The notes under the pieces are model-generated. The model ran no database searches. It worked only from the letters and a program-made list of their open reading frames with translations, and was not told where the DNA came from. The translations under genes were made by a program, and so were the position numbers. From Anaerohalosphaeraceae bacterium (GTDB taxonomy: Bacteria > Planctomycetota > Phycisphaerae > Sedimentisphaerales > Anaerohalosphaeraceae), in contig CAXXSL010000020.1 in the NCBI GenBank assembly GCA_963675525.2, positions 1 through 64,000 on the forward strand: a stretch of DNA of 64,000 bases, in the 5' to 3' direction. The stretch's first letter is position 1, and each line of letters starts with the position of its first letter. Below, piece by piece: positions 37,460-46,910 of this stretch.

Positions 37460-38509
37460 TTATTGTTTTAAAGTGGACATTATTTTACCAATAGAAGTTC
37501 TGGCTCCGGCAGTGTATTCGTCGGAGGCCCCATAGTAAATGATGACAGAATCACCCCTTTCGACTGCACCGCACGAAAAAACCACATTGCCGTAAAATCC
37601 CTGTTTTTCATACGGATATTCAGGCTCCATCAAGGGCATTTTGGCGCGGGCGATGATTTTTTTGGGGTCCTGAATATCCAGTAAAACCGCCGCTAAACTG
37701 TACCGGTCGTCACTATCCGAGCCATGGTAAATAACCAGCCAACCCTCCTGTGTTTTGATCGGCACGCAGCTTCCGCCGGTCTTGCCGTCGTGAAAAGTCC
37801 CTTCCTCCGGCAGCAGCAGCGGTTGATGCTGTCCCCAGTGAATGCAATCCGGCGAAGAAGCGATCCAAATACCGCGAGGACCAAGATAACGCGGAACAGG
37901 GCGGGTCAGCGCATAATATTTTCCATCCGTTTTTTCCGGGAATAAAACCACGTCAATATTTTCCGGACAGAAGATAATACCGTGCCGCTCGAAATTCACA
38001 AAATCGTTTGTTGTCAGCAAGCTGGTGCAAATTCCGTTATGACTCACCGATTTATAAGTAATATAAAAGACATCGCCAATTGGTGTAATACGCGGGTCTT
38101 CCAGCCCGTAGGTTTCAGAGGCCAGTTCAGGGAAAACCGCCGGCGTCGCATCGACGGCAAAATGGATCCCGTCTTTACTGCGCGCCAGCCGCAAATGTGA
38201 AATACTCGTCAGGTACATTTCGTCTTTATAGTAAAACGAACGCGAGTCCGGAATATCCGTAATGCCCGGGTCATTATTCTTAACACGGAAAAGCACAAGC
38301 TCACCGGTCTCCGGATTCAAAATAGGGGCCACCTGCTCGTCGGCGGCCTTATCCTTCGGCCGCTCCGCAACCCGCAACAGCAGCAGGATCTCATCCCCAA
38401 ACACAACCGCCCCCGGATTAAAAGCCCCAACCACCTCATAATCACCCCGGCTGGGAATTACATCACAAGGAGAAATCAACGGATTGTCTTCAAATCGTTC
38501 GACAAGCAT
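37460..38509 (-). CDS. Glycoside hydrolase family 130 protein
   Basis: AFNPG, LLLRVAE, YLTSISHLRLARSKDG, GLEDPRIT, WLVIYHG, NVVFSCG, YYGASD. Confidence 0.92.
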   Translation of the reverse strand: MLVERFEDNPLISPCDVIPSRGDYEVVGAFNPGAVVFGDEILLLLRVAERPKDKAADEQVAPILNPETGELVLFRVKNNDPGITDIPDSRSFYYKDEMYLTSISHLRLARSKDGIHFAVDATPAVFPELASETYGLEDPRITPIGDVFYITYKSVSHNGICTSLLTTNDFVNFERHGIIFCPENIDVVLFPEKTDGKYYALTRPVPRYLGPRGIWIASSPDCIHWGQHQPLLLPEEGTFHDGKTGGSCVPIKTQEGWLVIYHGSDSDDRYSLAAVLLDIQDPKKIIARAKMPLMEPEYPYEKQGFYGNVVFSCGAVERGDSVIIYYGASDEYTAGARTSIGKIMSTLKQ

Positions 38510-38532
38510 GACTGTATTTTACATCATCAAGT

Positions 38533-38743
38533 CCACGGATGACACAGATTTTCACCGATTTTTATTTCGACATCCTTTTGTCATTCCCGCGAAGGCGGGA
38601 ATCCAGAAAACCAATCGTATTCAGTCCATCCGCAACCATCCTACTTACCCAAAGCCCCTTAGGGCGAAATCTTGTAGCCTCGCCCGTCAGGGCGTGGGTA
38701 AAAATAACATTACCAACCATCCAACGACCCCAAAGGGGTCGAA
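38533..38743. repeat. Stack of short repeats at the left edge of the FRG cassette
   Basis: ~9-bp periodic ccacggat-gacacagat-tttcaccgat; gtcattcccgcgaaggcgggaatccag; agccccttagggcgaa..gcccgtcagggc..cgaccccaaaggggtcg. Confidence 0.8.
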
Positions 38744-38751
38744 ATAAATAG

Positions 38752-39621
38752 TTAATTATCAATCGATATGATTTCACCACCGCATTCTGGGGCATTGTGA
38801 GGATAACCAATTCTTGTCTGCTGATATTTTAGTATATCCACAGCAACAGAATCTTGCTCAGGAAATAATCTCGTCCTATTTATTCCTAATTTATTTAGGT
38901 CGTTACATATTTCACCTTTACATCCAGACGGTATTACATATCTTACAATTTCCATATTCTTTTCATTACTTTTTAAGAGTGACACTATAGTATTATCTTT
39001 TTTCGCATTTGGTTTTGGATGAATGGTAAATACGCTGCTTTGGGCAACCATTCTGGGATTATTTAATGGCGGATAAAATGCCAATGGTGTTTTGGGGTGT
39101 TTCTTCAATCCTGATTCTTGGGCCAACTCATCTGAGGTGCCGCTCCAAAAAGGTTCTCTTGCAAGATAGCTCACCTGGGGAGAATCCCACAACCAAAAGT
39201 TTTCTCCAGCATAATGCTTGTTCAGCTTTTGCGGGAAAATCACCCATATTTCGCCATCTTCTTTTGTGTGTTCACAAACGGAAAAATAAACGGCAATTAA
39301 TATATTTTCCGTCCAGTCAAGCAATCGGGTAGGAGCACTATAATGCTGCATCATAAACAACCATTCGATACTCCTCTTTTCAGGGATATTATTTGAAAAC
39401 ACAGGAACTTTACGCTGGTATTCCTCTATGTATCGAAATTCACGATCTTCAAGTGTACCAAAGAAAAAATCTTTAATTTGGGAAGATTCTTCTCTGAACA
39501 TTCTTGGTTCTAAATTCCCAAAACATTTACTATGCCCCCTAAACCAGAATGGGTATAGCCCTTTACCAACTTCAATAACATGATGGATGTTTTCAATTTT
39601 ATATGTTTTATATTGGTTCAT
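38752..39621 (-). CDS. FRG domain protein
   Basis: WFRGH, MQHYSAPTRLLDWTEN, NPRMVAQSSVFT, LNKLGINRTRLFP; low GC. Confidence 0.92.
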   Translation of the reverse strand: MNQYKTYKIENIHHVIEVGKGLYPFWFRGHSKCFGNLEPRMFREESSQIKDFFFGTLEDREFRYIEEYQRKVPVFSNNIPEKRSIEWLFMMQHYSAPTRLLDWTENILIAVYFSVCEHTKEDGEIWVIFPQKLNKHYAGENFWLWDSPQVSYLAREPFWSGTSDELAQESGLKKHPKTPLAFYPPLNNPRMVAQSSVFTIHPKPNAKKDNTIVSLLKSNEKNMEIVRYVIPSGCKGEICNDLNKLGINRTRLFPEQDSVAVDILKYQQTRIGYPHNAPECGGEIISIDN

Positions 39622-40364
39622 TTACTCCCTCTCTCCATTTCTAACTCAATCCCACAACCATCCCCATATTCTTCTTTCAGATCAGCAAGCCAGATATCCA
39701 AGTCAGGATCTGGATATTGAGTTTTTGAACCTTTTCTTAAGAGTCCACCGTCATACCATCGAATCCATGCCCTATTTGTATCAAAGGATTCTCCTGTAAG
39801 CTCACAAAGAGCCAGCCTGAGAGCTTTGTCTTGATTAGTATTAACAGTCCCATTTTTGAGCCAAGAAATACATAGTGGAATACCTCGCATGTCATTTTTC
39901 AAAACAGAAACCATGATCCATCTACCTACCCAAGTGAAGTCTGTTGCATACCATCCAATCCATTTCCAGCTTCCCCAGAAAAGATGAGAATCAAAGATTT
40001 TAAGTTTTGCTGAGGAGAATTCTTCTGCAACACGGTCAGCTCTAACCATTGCCTGCTCATGCTGCCAATGCTTCACGTGATTAACCGGATTAGGACCCAC
40101 AGAGCTTTGAGCGCAGCGTGTTGTCAAGAACAATGTCGCTCTTGCAGCAAGTGGATTATCGCCGGTAACTTTCCACTTTTTTTCTTCCAATTCAATTCTC
40201 AGGCTTTCGTTTGTTCCCCTATGTGTAAACTCAATCCAAGTCCATTCACGGTCAGTAGGTCTTTTGCAGTCTCCATCAGAGTCATAATTCACAGTTCCCC
40301 AAAGATAATAAGGAATTTCTGCAAAATACGGCCTTGGTTTTATATTTGTTAGTTCATAAATCAT
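39618..40364 (-). CDS. Trp-rich hypothetical protein coupled to the FRG gene
   Basis: Long low-GC ORF; ATGA overlap at 39618-39621; start uncertain. Confidence 0.75.
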   Translation of the reverse strand: MIYELTNIKPRPYFAEIPYYLWGTVNYDSDGDCKRPTDREWTWIEFTHRGTNESLRIELEEKKWKVTGDNPLAARATLFLTTRCAQSSVGPNPVNHVKHWQHEQAMVRADRVAEEFSSAKLKIFDSHLFWGSWKWIGWYATDFTWVGRWIMVSVLKNDMRGIPLCISWLKNGTVNTNQDKALRLALCELTGESFDTNRAWIRWYDGGLLRKGSKTQYPDPDLDIWLADLKEEYGDGCGIELEMERGSK

Positions 40365-40673
40365 TTTTCTCTTAATCCCTACAATATGCCCTAAGATTCT
40401 TGCATTCTTCTGTCCTTGCCACAAATTATACCCCCCATTTCCCGCCAAAAACAATACAAAAAGCTCAAAAATATATACTTCTGCTCACTGCCTATAGCCT
40501 TCTGCCTGGCCACGTTAATCCTTTCTAAAAAAATCTGTGGATAAAAAACAAAAAATATTTGACAAATACAAAACTTCTGCTAAAATACAATAAAAATCAA
40601 ATACTTTTAGTAGTATCGGATATATTTGTGATAATCCGTGTTAATTCGTGGCAAAAAAAGGAAGGAGCAAATC

Positions 40674-41207
40674 ATGGAAACACCCCAAAAACGTCAACGC
40701 CTCACGCCCAAGCAGCGGGACTTTCTCTACCATGTCTACACCCTCGGCTTCTCCATCACCGACACGCTCAACAATCTCCACGTCCGCACGGTCACCTTCG
40801 AGCGATGGCTGACCAAACCCGTCTTCCTGAACCGGCTCCGCATGTACATCACCCAGTACTACCTGCAGGCCCGTCTGGAAATGGCCCGCAGCGCCCCCTC
40901 GGCCATCTCCGGCCTGACAATGCTCAGCCAAAAAAGTCTGCGGCACGATGATATGCGAAAGGCCTGCAACGACATCCTCAATTTTCAAACCCAGTTCGCA
41001 AAAATCGCCACCAGCTCAAAACAGGCACAAAACGGTGCACCTTTGGACAACTTTGGCGCACTATTGGCACAGTTTGGCGCATCTTTGGCACAAAATGGCT
41101 CATGTTTGGACACCGCCAGCGACAAAAATACACCCCAAAACCACCTTTTAGCTACCAAAAACGAAGAAAACACAATTTCTTGTAAGAGTTCACACTTTAG
41201 TGTGTAA
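40674..41207 (+). CDS. Small HTH-like protein (terminase-small-subunit/phBC6A51-like N-terminus) with heptad-repeat tail
   Basis: AAGGAG SD; LTPKQ..TFERWLTKPVF; upstream TTGACA-N16-TAAAAT (40559-40586). Confidence 0.6.
   Translation: METPQKRQRLTPKQRDFLYHVYTLGFSITDTLNNLHVRTVTFERWLTKPVFLNRLRMYITQYYLQARLEMARSAPSAISGLTMLSQKSLRHDDMRKACNDILNFQTQFAKIATSSKQAQNGAPLDNFGALLAQFGASLAQNGSCLDTASDKNTPQNHLLATKNEENTISCKSSHFSV
41022..41114 (+). repeat. Four degenerate 21-bp tandem units (copy 3)
   Basis: caggcacaaaacggtgcacct / ttggacaactttggcgcacta / ttggcacagtttggcgcatct / ttggcacaaaatggctcatgt. Confidence 0.8.
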
Positions 41208-41237
41208 AATATGCAAGCTCCAAGCTTGAACTCTTAC

Positions 41238-41263
41238 GCTGCCGGCTGGAAACCGGCGGTACA
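41238..41263. repeat. REP-like hairpin gctgccgg-ctggaaa-ccggcggt
   Basis: GC-rich stem without U-tract. Confidence 0.55.
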
Positions 41264-41318
41264 AAACTATTTGCGGAATGTCAAAAAACGATTATAATCC
41301 CGTGTTTCGTGAGTTGAA

Positions 41319-42470
41319 ATGATGACCGAATCGACAAAACAAAAAGCGTTTATTCATTGCCCCGAGCTGGAGCAGTATCCGTATCCGGATAGCTGTCCGT
41401 TCAAGACCAGCCGTGCGGGCAATGTTCGTGCGATGCTGGATTCGATGGGCCTGCTTTCCGGCGACGGCAAGATGGAAGTGGCCCCGCAGGCGGCGACGTT
41501 CGACCAATTACGCCAATTTCATACCGCCGAGTATCTCGATGCCCTCCAACGAGCGAGCAATGGCGAATACGAATACGAGATGCTGATGATGAACCTGGGC
41601 ACGGGGGATTGTCCGGTTTTTGGCGGCATGTATGACTACGCAACACTTGCGGCGGGGGCCACCATTACCGGCGCCAAACTGATCGCCGAGGGGAAAGCGA
41701 AAATCGCGTTTAATCCTTCCGGCGGATATCACCACGCCTTTGAGGACCGCGCGGGGGGATTTTGTTATGTTAATGACGTGGTGTTGGGCTGTCAGACACT
41801 CGCCGATGCGGGTAAGCGGGTGCTGTTTTTGGATATCGATGTGCATCACTGCGACGGTGTGCAGGCGGCCTTCTACGACCGCAGCGACGTGATGACGATT
41901 TCGATGCATCAGGACGGCCGGACATTGTTTCCCGGCACCGGCTACGTCGATGAAACCGGTACAGGCGAGGGCGAAGGCTACAGCGTCAATCTCCCCATGC
42001 CCATCGGCACGTATGACGACATTTATTTCAAGGCATTTCGTGAGGTGGTGATCCCGTTGATCCGTGCGTACAACCCGGATGTGATCGTATTGGAGGCTGG
42101 AGCCGATACACTGTCAGGTGACCCGCTGGCCGGGCTGTCGATGACGAATAATGTCTTCGTCGATGTGATCAATAACCTGCTGGCGTTCGATAAACCCATC
42201 CTCGCCACCGGCGGGGGAGGCTATAACGTTGACAATGCCGTGCGTGCCTGGGCATTGGTCTGGACGGCCCTGTGCGGCGAACAAATGGCCCACGACCTGA
42301 CCGCGGGCATGGGCGGCGTCATGCTCGAAAACATGGACTGGGCCGGCGGGGCGGGCCTGCGCGACCGCGTGCTGGTGCCCTCACAACACCAAAAAGAAAA
42401 CGTCGCACCGATGGTCGATCAGACAATCGAGCAGGTCAAAAGTCTGGTCTTCCCGATTCATGGAATATAA
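41319..42470 (+). CDS. Histone-deacetylase-family protein (AcuC-like)
   Basis: GDCPVF, GGYHHA, GFCYVND, DIDVHHCDG, LFPGTG, GADTLSGDPL, GGGGY. Confidence 0.93.
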   Translation: MMTESTKQKAFIHCPELEQYPYPDSCPFKTSRAGNVRAMLDSMGLLSGDGKMEVAPQAATFDQLRQFHTAEYLDALQRASNGEYEYEMLMMNLGTGDCPVFGGMYDYATLAAGATITGAKLIAEGKAKIAFNPSGGYHHAFEDRAGGFCYVNDVVLGCQTLADAGKRVLFLDIDVHHCDGVQAAFYDRSDVMTISMHQDGRTLFPGTGYVDETGTGEGEGYSVNLPMPIGTYDDIYFKAFREVVIPLIRAYNPDVIVLEAGADTLSGDPLAGLSMTNNVFVDVINNLLAFDKPILATGGGGYNVDNAVRAWALVWTALCGEQMAHDLTAGMGGVMLENMDWAGGAGLRDRVLVPSQHQKENVAPMVDQTIEQVKSLVFPIHGI

Positions 42471-42472
42471 TC

Positions 42473-42994
42473 ATGTCTGCAAAGCGAATTACTGACAAGG
42501 AATTGGTTAAACTGGCCCAAAAACTAAATGGGGCCTGCCAAGCCAAAATCATTTCACCGTCCGATGTTGAAACGGCGGCGTGGGTTCGGCTCAAATGCCA
42601 GTTCGGCTGCGACGGATTCAATCAATGCTTAGTTTGTCCGCCGTATAGTCCTACGCCCCAGCAGATGCGAAAAGTGCTGGATTGTTATGCACGGGCGGTT
42701 CTGGTGCATTTTGGGGATTACCCTGACAGCAAGACGCAGATGGCCAAATTGGAGCGGACGGTTTTCCTGAAAGGGGCATGGAAAGCGTTTGGGATGGGAG
42801 GGGGATCGTGCTTATTCTGCGAAACCTGTACGATGCAGGAGGGTACGTGTCGGCACAGTGAAAAGGCCCGCCCGTCAATGGAGGCCTGCGGCATTGATGT
42901 CTACACCACGGTCAAAAGAGCGGGACTGCCCATCGAGGTTGTCAAAAACCGCCGCCAATGTCCAAATTTTTACGGATTGCTGTTGGTGGATTAG
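42473..42994 (+). CDS. DUF2284 Cys-rich metal-binding protein
   Basis: WVRLKCQFGC..CPP, GSCLFCETC..C..ARPSMEACGIDV. Confidence 0.9.
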   Translation: MSAKRITDKELVKLAQKLNGACQAKIISPSDVETAAWVRLKCQFGCDGFNQCLVCPPYSPTPQQMRKVLDCYARAVLVHFGDYPDSKTQMAKLERTVFLKGAWKAFGMGGGSCLFCETCTMQEGTCRHSEKARPSMEACGIDVYTTVKRAGLPIEVVKNRRQCPNFYGLLLVD

Positions 42995-43023
42995 AATAAG
43001 GTGAGTTGGGGGTCGAATTGATT

Positions 43024-43040
43024 GCGGGCGAGACGCCCGC
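43024..43040. repeat. REP-like palindrome gcgggcg-aga-cgcccgc
   Basis: Perfect 7-bp stem between convergent genes. Confidence 0.65.
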
Positions 43041-43048
43041 GTTCCCAG

Positions 43049-43885
43049 CTAATACCCCACAACAGCGATGCCGAGTTTGTCGGCGAGGGCGAGGGTTTCG
43101 GGTTTGTCGATGATGAGGGTTTTTTGTTTTTGGACGACGACGCAGGCGGCGTTGTTGTCTTTTAGGCTCTGGATGGTATCGACGCCGATGCAGGGCACGT
43201 CGAACCGCATGTCCTGATCGGGCTTGGCGGATTTAAGCAGGGTCCAGCCGCCTTTTTTGCAGAGTTCGCCGGCACGCTTGATCATTTTGGCGGTGCCTTC
43301 GATGGCCTCGACGGCGATGATCTCACGTTCCTTGACGGCGATGGCCTGTCCGATGTCCAACTCGCCGACCTTGCGGACGATGTCCCAGCCGAACTTGATG
43401 TCTTCCCACACAGTGGCAGGGGGTTGGCATTTGGTCATGACGCCTTCGTCGGCAAGGTGTTCTTTACAGTACATCGTCGAATCCTCCAGGAGTATGCCGC
43501 CGCTGGCAAATTCGTCAGCAATCGCGCATAAAACCGTATCGTTTCGTTTGTCTTTTTTCCGCAACCGCCAGTACCATATCCGCAATGCGCGCCAGTCCGG
43601 CAGGTATTTAAGTATTCGTCGCGGCGTATAAATTTTCGTCTTCGCGACCCTGCCGACCATGATCGTTTCCCGCACGCCGTGCCTGCGAAGTTTCCGCATC
43701 CATCCCCCGGGACGTGCGATCGCACCGGAAAAAAACACATCCACATGCTCGGCCAATGCGGGTTCGGCGCTGTCAGCCAGTCCGATGCAAATAACCTTCA
43801 AGCCAGCACGTTTGGCGCCGTCGGCCACCAGAAAAGGCAACCGTCCCTGTCCCGCGATCAGTCCGAGTACGTTGGGTGAGTCCAT
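43049..43885 (-). CDS. lpxI: UDP-2,3-diacylglucosamine diphosphatase LpxI
   Basis: LGLIAGQGRLP, DIGQ, AVEAIEGT, KPDQDMRFDVPCIG. Confidence 0.93.
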   Translation of the reverse strand: MDSPNVLGLIAGQGRLPFLVADGAKRAGLKVICIGLADSAEPALAEHVDVFFSGAIARPGGWMRKLRRHGVRETIMVGRVAKTKIYTPRRILKYLPDWRALRIWYWRLRKKDKRNDTVLCAIADEFASGGILLEDSTMYCKEHLADEGVMTKCQPPATVWEDIKFGWDIVRKVGELDIGQAIAVKEREIIAVEAIEGTAKMIKRAGELCKKGGWTLLKSAKPDQDMRFDVPCIGVDTIQSLKDNNAACVVVQKQKTLIIDKPETLALADKLGIAVVGY

Positions 43886-43890
43886 AGCCT

Positions 43891-44925
43891 TTATTCTTCT
43901 TCGCTTATGGTAAAACGCTGAATCTGTTTTTCAAGCTTACGCAGTTTTTGCCGCATGTCCGGCAGGGTTTCGATGAGGGCATAGGCACGCTTGGCTTTGT
44001 TGGCTTCAATGGCAGGGGCGCCGAGGATCGTTGCACCATCCGGAACGTCATTGATAACAGCCGCCTGCGCGCCGATGGTGACCATGTTGCCGATCTTAAT
44101 ATGGCCGACAATCCCAGCCTGTCCGCCGATGACACAGTGATGGCCTATCTCGACCGAGCCGGCTACGCCAACGTGCGGCACCAACAAACAATTCGCCCCG
44201 ATTTTTGCTCCATGCCCGATTGCTGTTCCATCACCGATTTTGCTGCCCTTACCGATCACAGTATCATTCAGCGTTCCGCGTTCAACGGCACAACCGGAAC
44301 CGATCTCGACGTCATCTTCTAATACAACAATTCCGATCTGCGGGATTTTATGATGCTCGCCTTTGTGCGTTGCAAAACCGAATCCATCCTGACCAACGGA
44401 AGCATTCGACTGGATGATGACGCGTTCGCCGACCCGGCAGCCGTCGTAGATCACGGCGTTGGGGTATATGACACAATCATTACCGATCACGGCATTGGGG
44501 CCTATAAACGCGCCGGAGTAAATTTGACAATTGTTACCGATCTCCGCGTTCTCACAAATCACCGCGAACGGATGGATGTTGCAGTTTTGACCGATTTTCG
44601 AAGACGGGTCCATTGCGGCCTGTTTACTGATCCCGGTTTGAGGATGCTGACGATGTCCGTGGAGCAGGACAACCGTCTGCATGAAAGCATAGTAAGGGTC
44701 TTCGGTTACGATCTGGCAGGCGTTGGTCTGAACTTGCTTAGAAACCAGAATGGCCGCTGCCTGGGTCGTCTTGACTTGCGGAGTGTATTTGGGATTGCTC
44801 AGGAAGGTGATCTGTCCGGGGCCGGCACTGTCCAGGGTGGCCGGCGATTCGATCGCCACAGAATCGTCACCGATGACCTGTCCGTTCACATGTTCTGCGA
44901 TTTCTTTAATCGTTTTTTGGGGCAT
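43891..44925 (-). CDS. lpxD: UDP-3-O-acylglucosamine N-acyltransferase
   Basis: ITFLSNPKY, DPY, hexapeptide repeats, GQDGFGF..KIPQIG. Confidence 0.95.
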   Translation of the reverse strand: MPQKTIKEIAEHVNGQVIGDDSVAIESPATLDSAGPGQITFLSNPKYTPQVKTTQAAAILVSKQVQTNACQIVTEDPYYAFMQTVVLLHGHRQHPQTGISKQAAMDPSSKIGQNCNIHPFAVICENAEIGNNCQIYSGAFIGPNAVIGNDCVIYPNAVIYDGCRVGERVIIQSNASVGQDGFGFATHKGEHHKIPQIGIVVLEDDVEIGSGCAVERGTLNDTVIGKGSKIGDGTAIGHGAKIGANCLLVPHVGVAGSVEIGHHCVIGGQAGIVGHIKIGNMVTIGAQAAVINDVPDGATILGAPAIEANKAKRAYALIETLPDMRQKLRKLEKQIQRFTISEEE

Positions 44926-44962
44926 AAAAATCCTGTTCTGTGTTGATTTTCGCGTTTTTAGA

Positions 44963-44990
44963 ATTATAGCAGTTCCGGCGGATACGTCAA
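44963..44990 (-). promoter_or_regulatory. Sigma70 promoter TTGACG-N16-TATAAT for lpxD
   Basis: Consensus match on the minus strand. Confidence 0.6.
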
Positions 44991-45009
44991 ATACCGATTG
45001 AGTAAGAAT

Positions 45010-46008
45010 TTAGAGCATTTTAAGCAGGGTTTGGGTCATTGCGGTCTGCTCGCAGGGGTTGGGATGCTGAAAACTGTCCGGTAACGGCTGTAAAATTTGC
45101 ACGTTTTTGCCGCGCGGTGCATACTGAACCGGATTGCTGGGGCCAAATAGAGCGAGTGTTTTTTTACTCATTCCGGCGGCCAGATGGGCGATGCCGCTGT
45201 CGTTGCCGAGAAATCCATCCGCCTGTGTCAAAACCTGCAGGACCTGTGTCAGGGACAGGTTTTCCAGCACGTGAAATTGACGGATCGCTTGAATCGCGGT
45301 ATCCTCAAAGCGTTCCTGTTCAGCAGGTCCCAGTAAAAAAACAGGCTGTAAACCATTGGTTTTTAAATCAGATGCTGTCTGAATGAAATTTTCCCAGTGC
45401 CAGCATTTTTGACGGGACCCGCTGCCGGGGTGGATTAATACAATTTTCCGGTCCGGATCGATCCCGACCCGTTCCAGTATATCGCCGCCTGCCTGATAAT
45501 CTTCGGGTAACGGGCAAATGGTGACGGTGTCCGGTTGGCGGGGGTGTTCCAATTGCTGCTGCTGTTGAAACGAATCCAGGTAAAAATCGCTGACATGGAC
45601 TTTCGCATCCGCGGCCGGCTTGGCATCGATGAGTCCCACCTCTGCGGAACGGCAGCAGTGAACGGTAAACAGCAGGTTCTTTTCGAAGGAAAAATGGCCA
45701 AAGCCGATGAAGCTGACGATCTGCTCATAACGGTCAAATAGTTTTAAAAGCGGATCATTGTCTTCAAGAACAAAGTCGGATTCAGGCTCAAACAACCGGT
45801 GCAAATCAACGGTCTCGATCGGACGGACCGCATCGATGCAGGTTCGTCCGGGATAAAAACTGATATACTCTGAAGGACCGATGAAATCAAGCCAATCCAG
45901 CGAACAGGCCTCTTTCAGACAGGATGCCAAGGGAAGCGCCAACAGGCAGTCCCCAATAGCACCGGAGTGCAGGATCACACCGCGTCTGAGTTCTTTATCG
46001 GCCATCAC
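45010..46008 (-). CDS. Glycosyltransferase family 9 (heptosyltransferase-like)
   Basis: GAIGD, IHPGSGSRQKCW, GNDSGIAHLAA, LFGPS. Confidence 0.92.
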   Translation of the reverse strand: MMADKELRRGVILHSGAIGDCLLALPLASCLKEACSLDWLDFIGPSEYISFYPGRTCIDAVRPIETVDLHRLFEPESDFVLEDNDPLLKLFDRYEQIVSFIGFGHFSFEKNLLFTVHCCRSAEVGLIDAKPAADAKVHVSDFYLDSFQQQQQLEHPRQPDTVTICPLPEDYQAGGDILERVGIDPDRKIVLIHPGSGSRQKCWHWENFIQTASDLKTNGLQPVFLLGPAEQERFEDTAIQAIRQFHVLENLSLTQVLQVLTQADGFLGNDSGIAHLAAGMSKKTLALFGPSNPVQYAPRGKNVQILQPLPDSFQHPNPCEQTAMTQTLLKML

Positions 46009-46062
46009 CGGACATTCAGCTCATTCAAGGGCCAATTCATATTCTACGACGTCAGCCCGTTT

Positions 46063-46878
46063 TTATTCCTCTTTTTTCTTTTGGAACGGATTGAGGCTCT
46101 TTAAGGCTTCCGTGGCTTCTTTGCCGCCTTCGATCAAACTTTCCACCTGTTTTTGTCCTTCCTGAATCAACTGTTGACCCTGCTCTGCCAATTGGCCGGT
46201 TAAGTCATTGATCATATCAGTCGGAAGCAGGCCTTTGCCCTGGTCCGCAATCCCTCCCGCAATGGCCAGAAGAATTTTTGTGACAAGTTCAGGGGTATTG
46301 ATCTTTTCTTTTGAGCCGATATTTTCCATGTGAATCGGGTTGATCTTCAGGGTCAGCGTATCCGCCCGTCCGGGAACCGGAAGCAGTTTAACCTTCACCG
46401 TCACGCCATTAATATCCAGTTGTTTGATCAGTAGATTTTTACCGGGCTTATCCTCGCTTTTGTCCTCAGCCGGTTCAGACTTCGGCAGATTGGCCAGAAT
46501 CTCCTTGAGATTATTCGTCAGGCCTTTTTGTTCCATAACCAGTGTGATATTGTCAAACTGCATCTTTTCAATCTCGATGGTATTGCTCAGCAAACTGGTT
46601 GTTTTCAGGTCGATATGGGCTTTTTCCAATTCAAGAAAAGTGGGGTTCTGGTAGCCTTCGGGATTATCCACCACCAGATTATCCATGTTTAATTTGCCTG
46701 CCAGTATCTTGAGGGCGATGTCATCCAGTTTGACATTCACTTTCATGGCGGAACCAGCGCCCGTTTCAATGCCGGTTTTTAAGGCCGCATCGCCAAAGAC
46801 ATTAATCAGCAATACCACAATCAAAATGAACACCAACAAACCGACAACGATTTTTGATATGATATTTTTCTTGTTCAT
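46063..46878 (-). CDS. AsmA-like N-anchored protein
   Basis: N-terminal TM; NPEGY; SLLS..IEIE; NLKEIL. Confidence 0.7.
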   Translation of the reverse strand: MNKKNIISKIVVGLLVFILIVVLLINVFGDAALKTGIETGAGSAMKVNVKLDDIALKILAGKLNMDNLVVDNPEGYQNPTFLELEKAHIDLKTTSLLSNTIEIEKMQFDNITLVMEQKGLTNNLKEILANLPKSEPAEDKSEDKPGKNLLIKQLDINGVTVKVKLLPVPGRADTLTLKINPIHMENIGSKEKINTPELVTKILLAIAGGIADQGKGLLPTDMINDLTGQLAEQGQQLIQEGQKQVESLIEGGKEATEALKSLNPFQKKKEE

Positions 46879-46910
46879 GACTAGTTCTCCTGAATTTAAG
46901 CATCCGTTTT

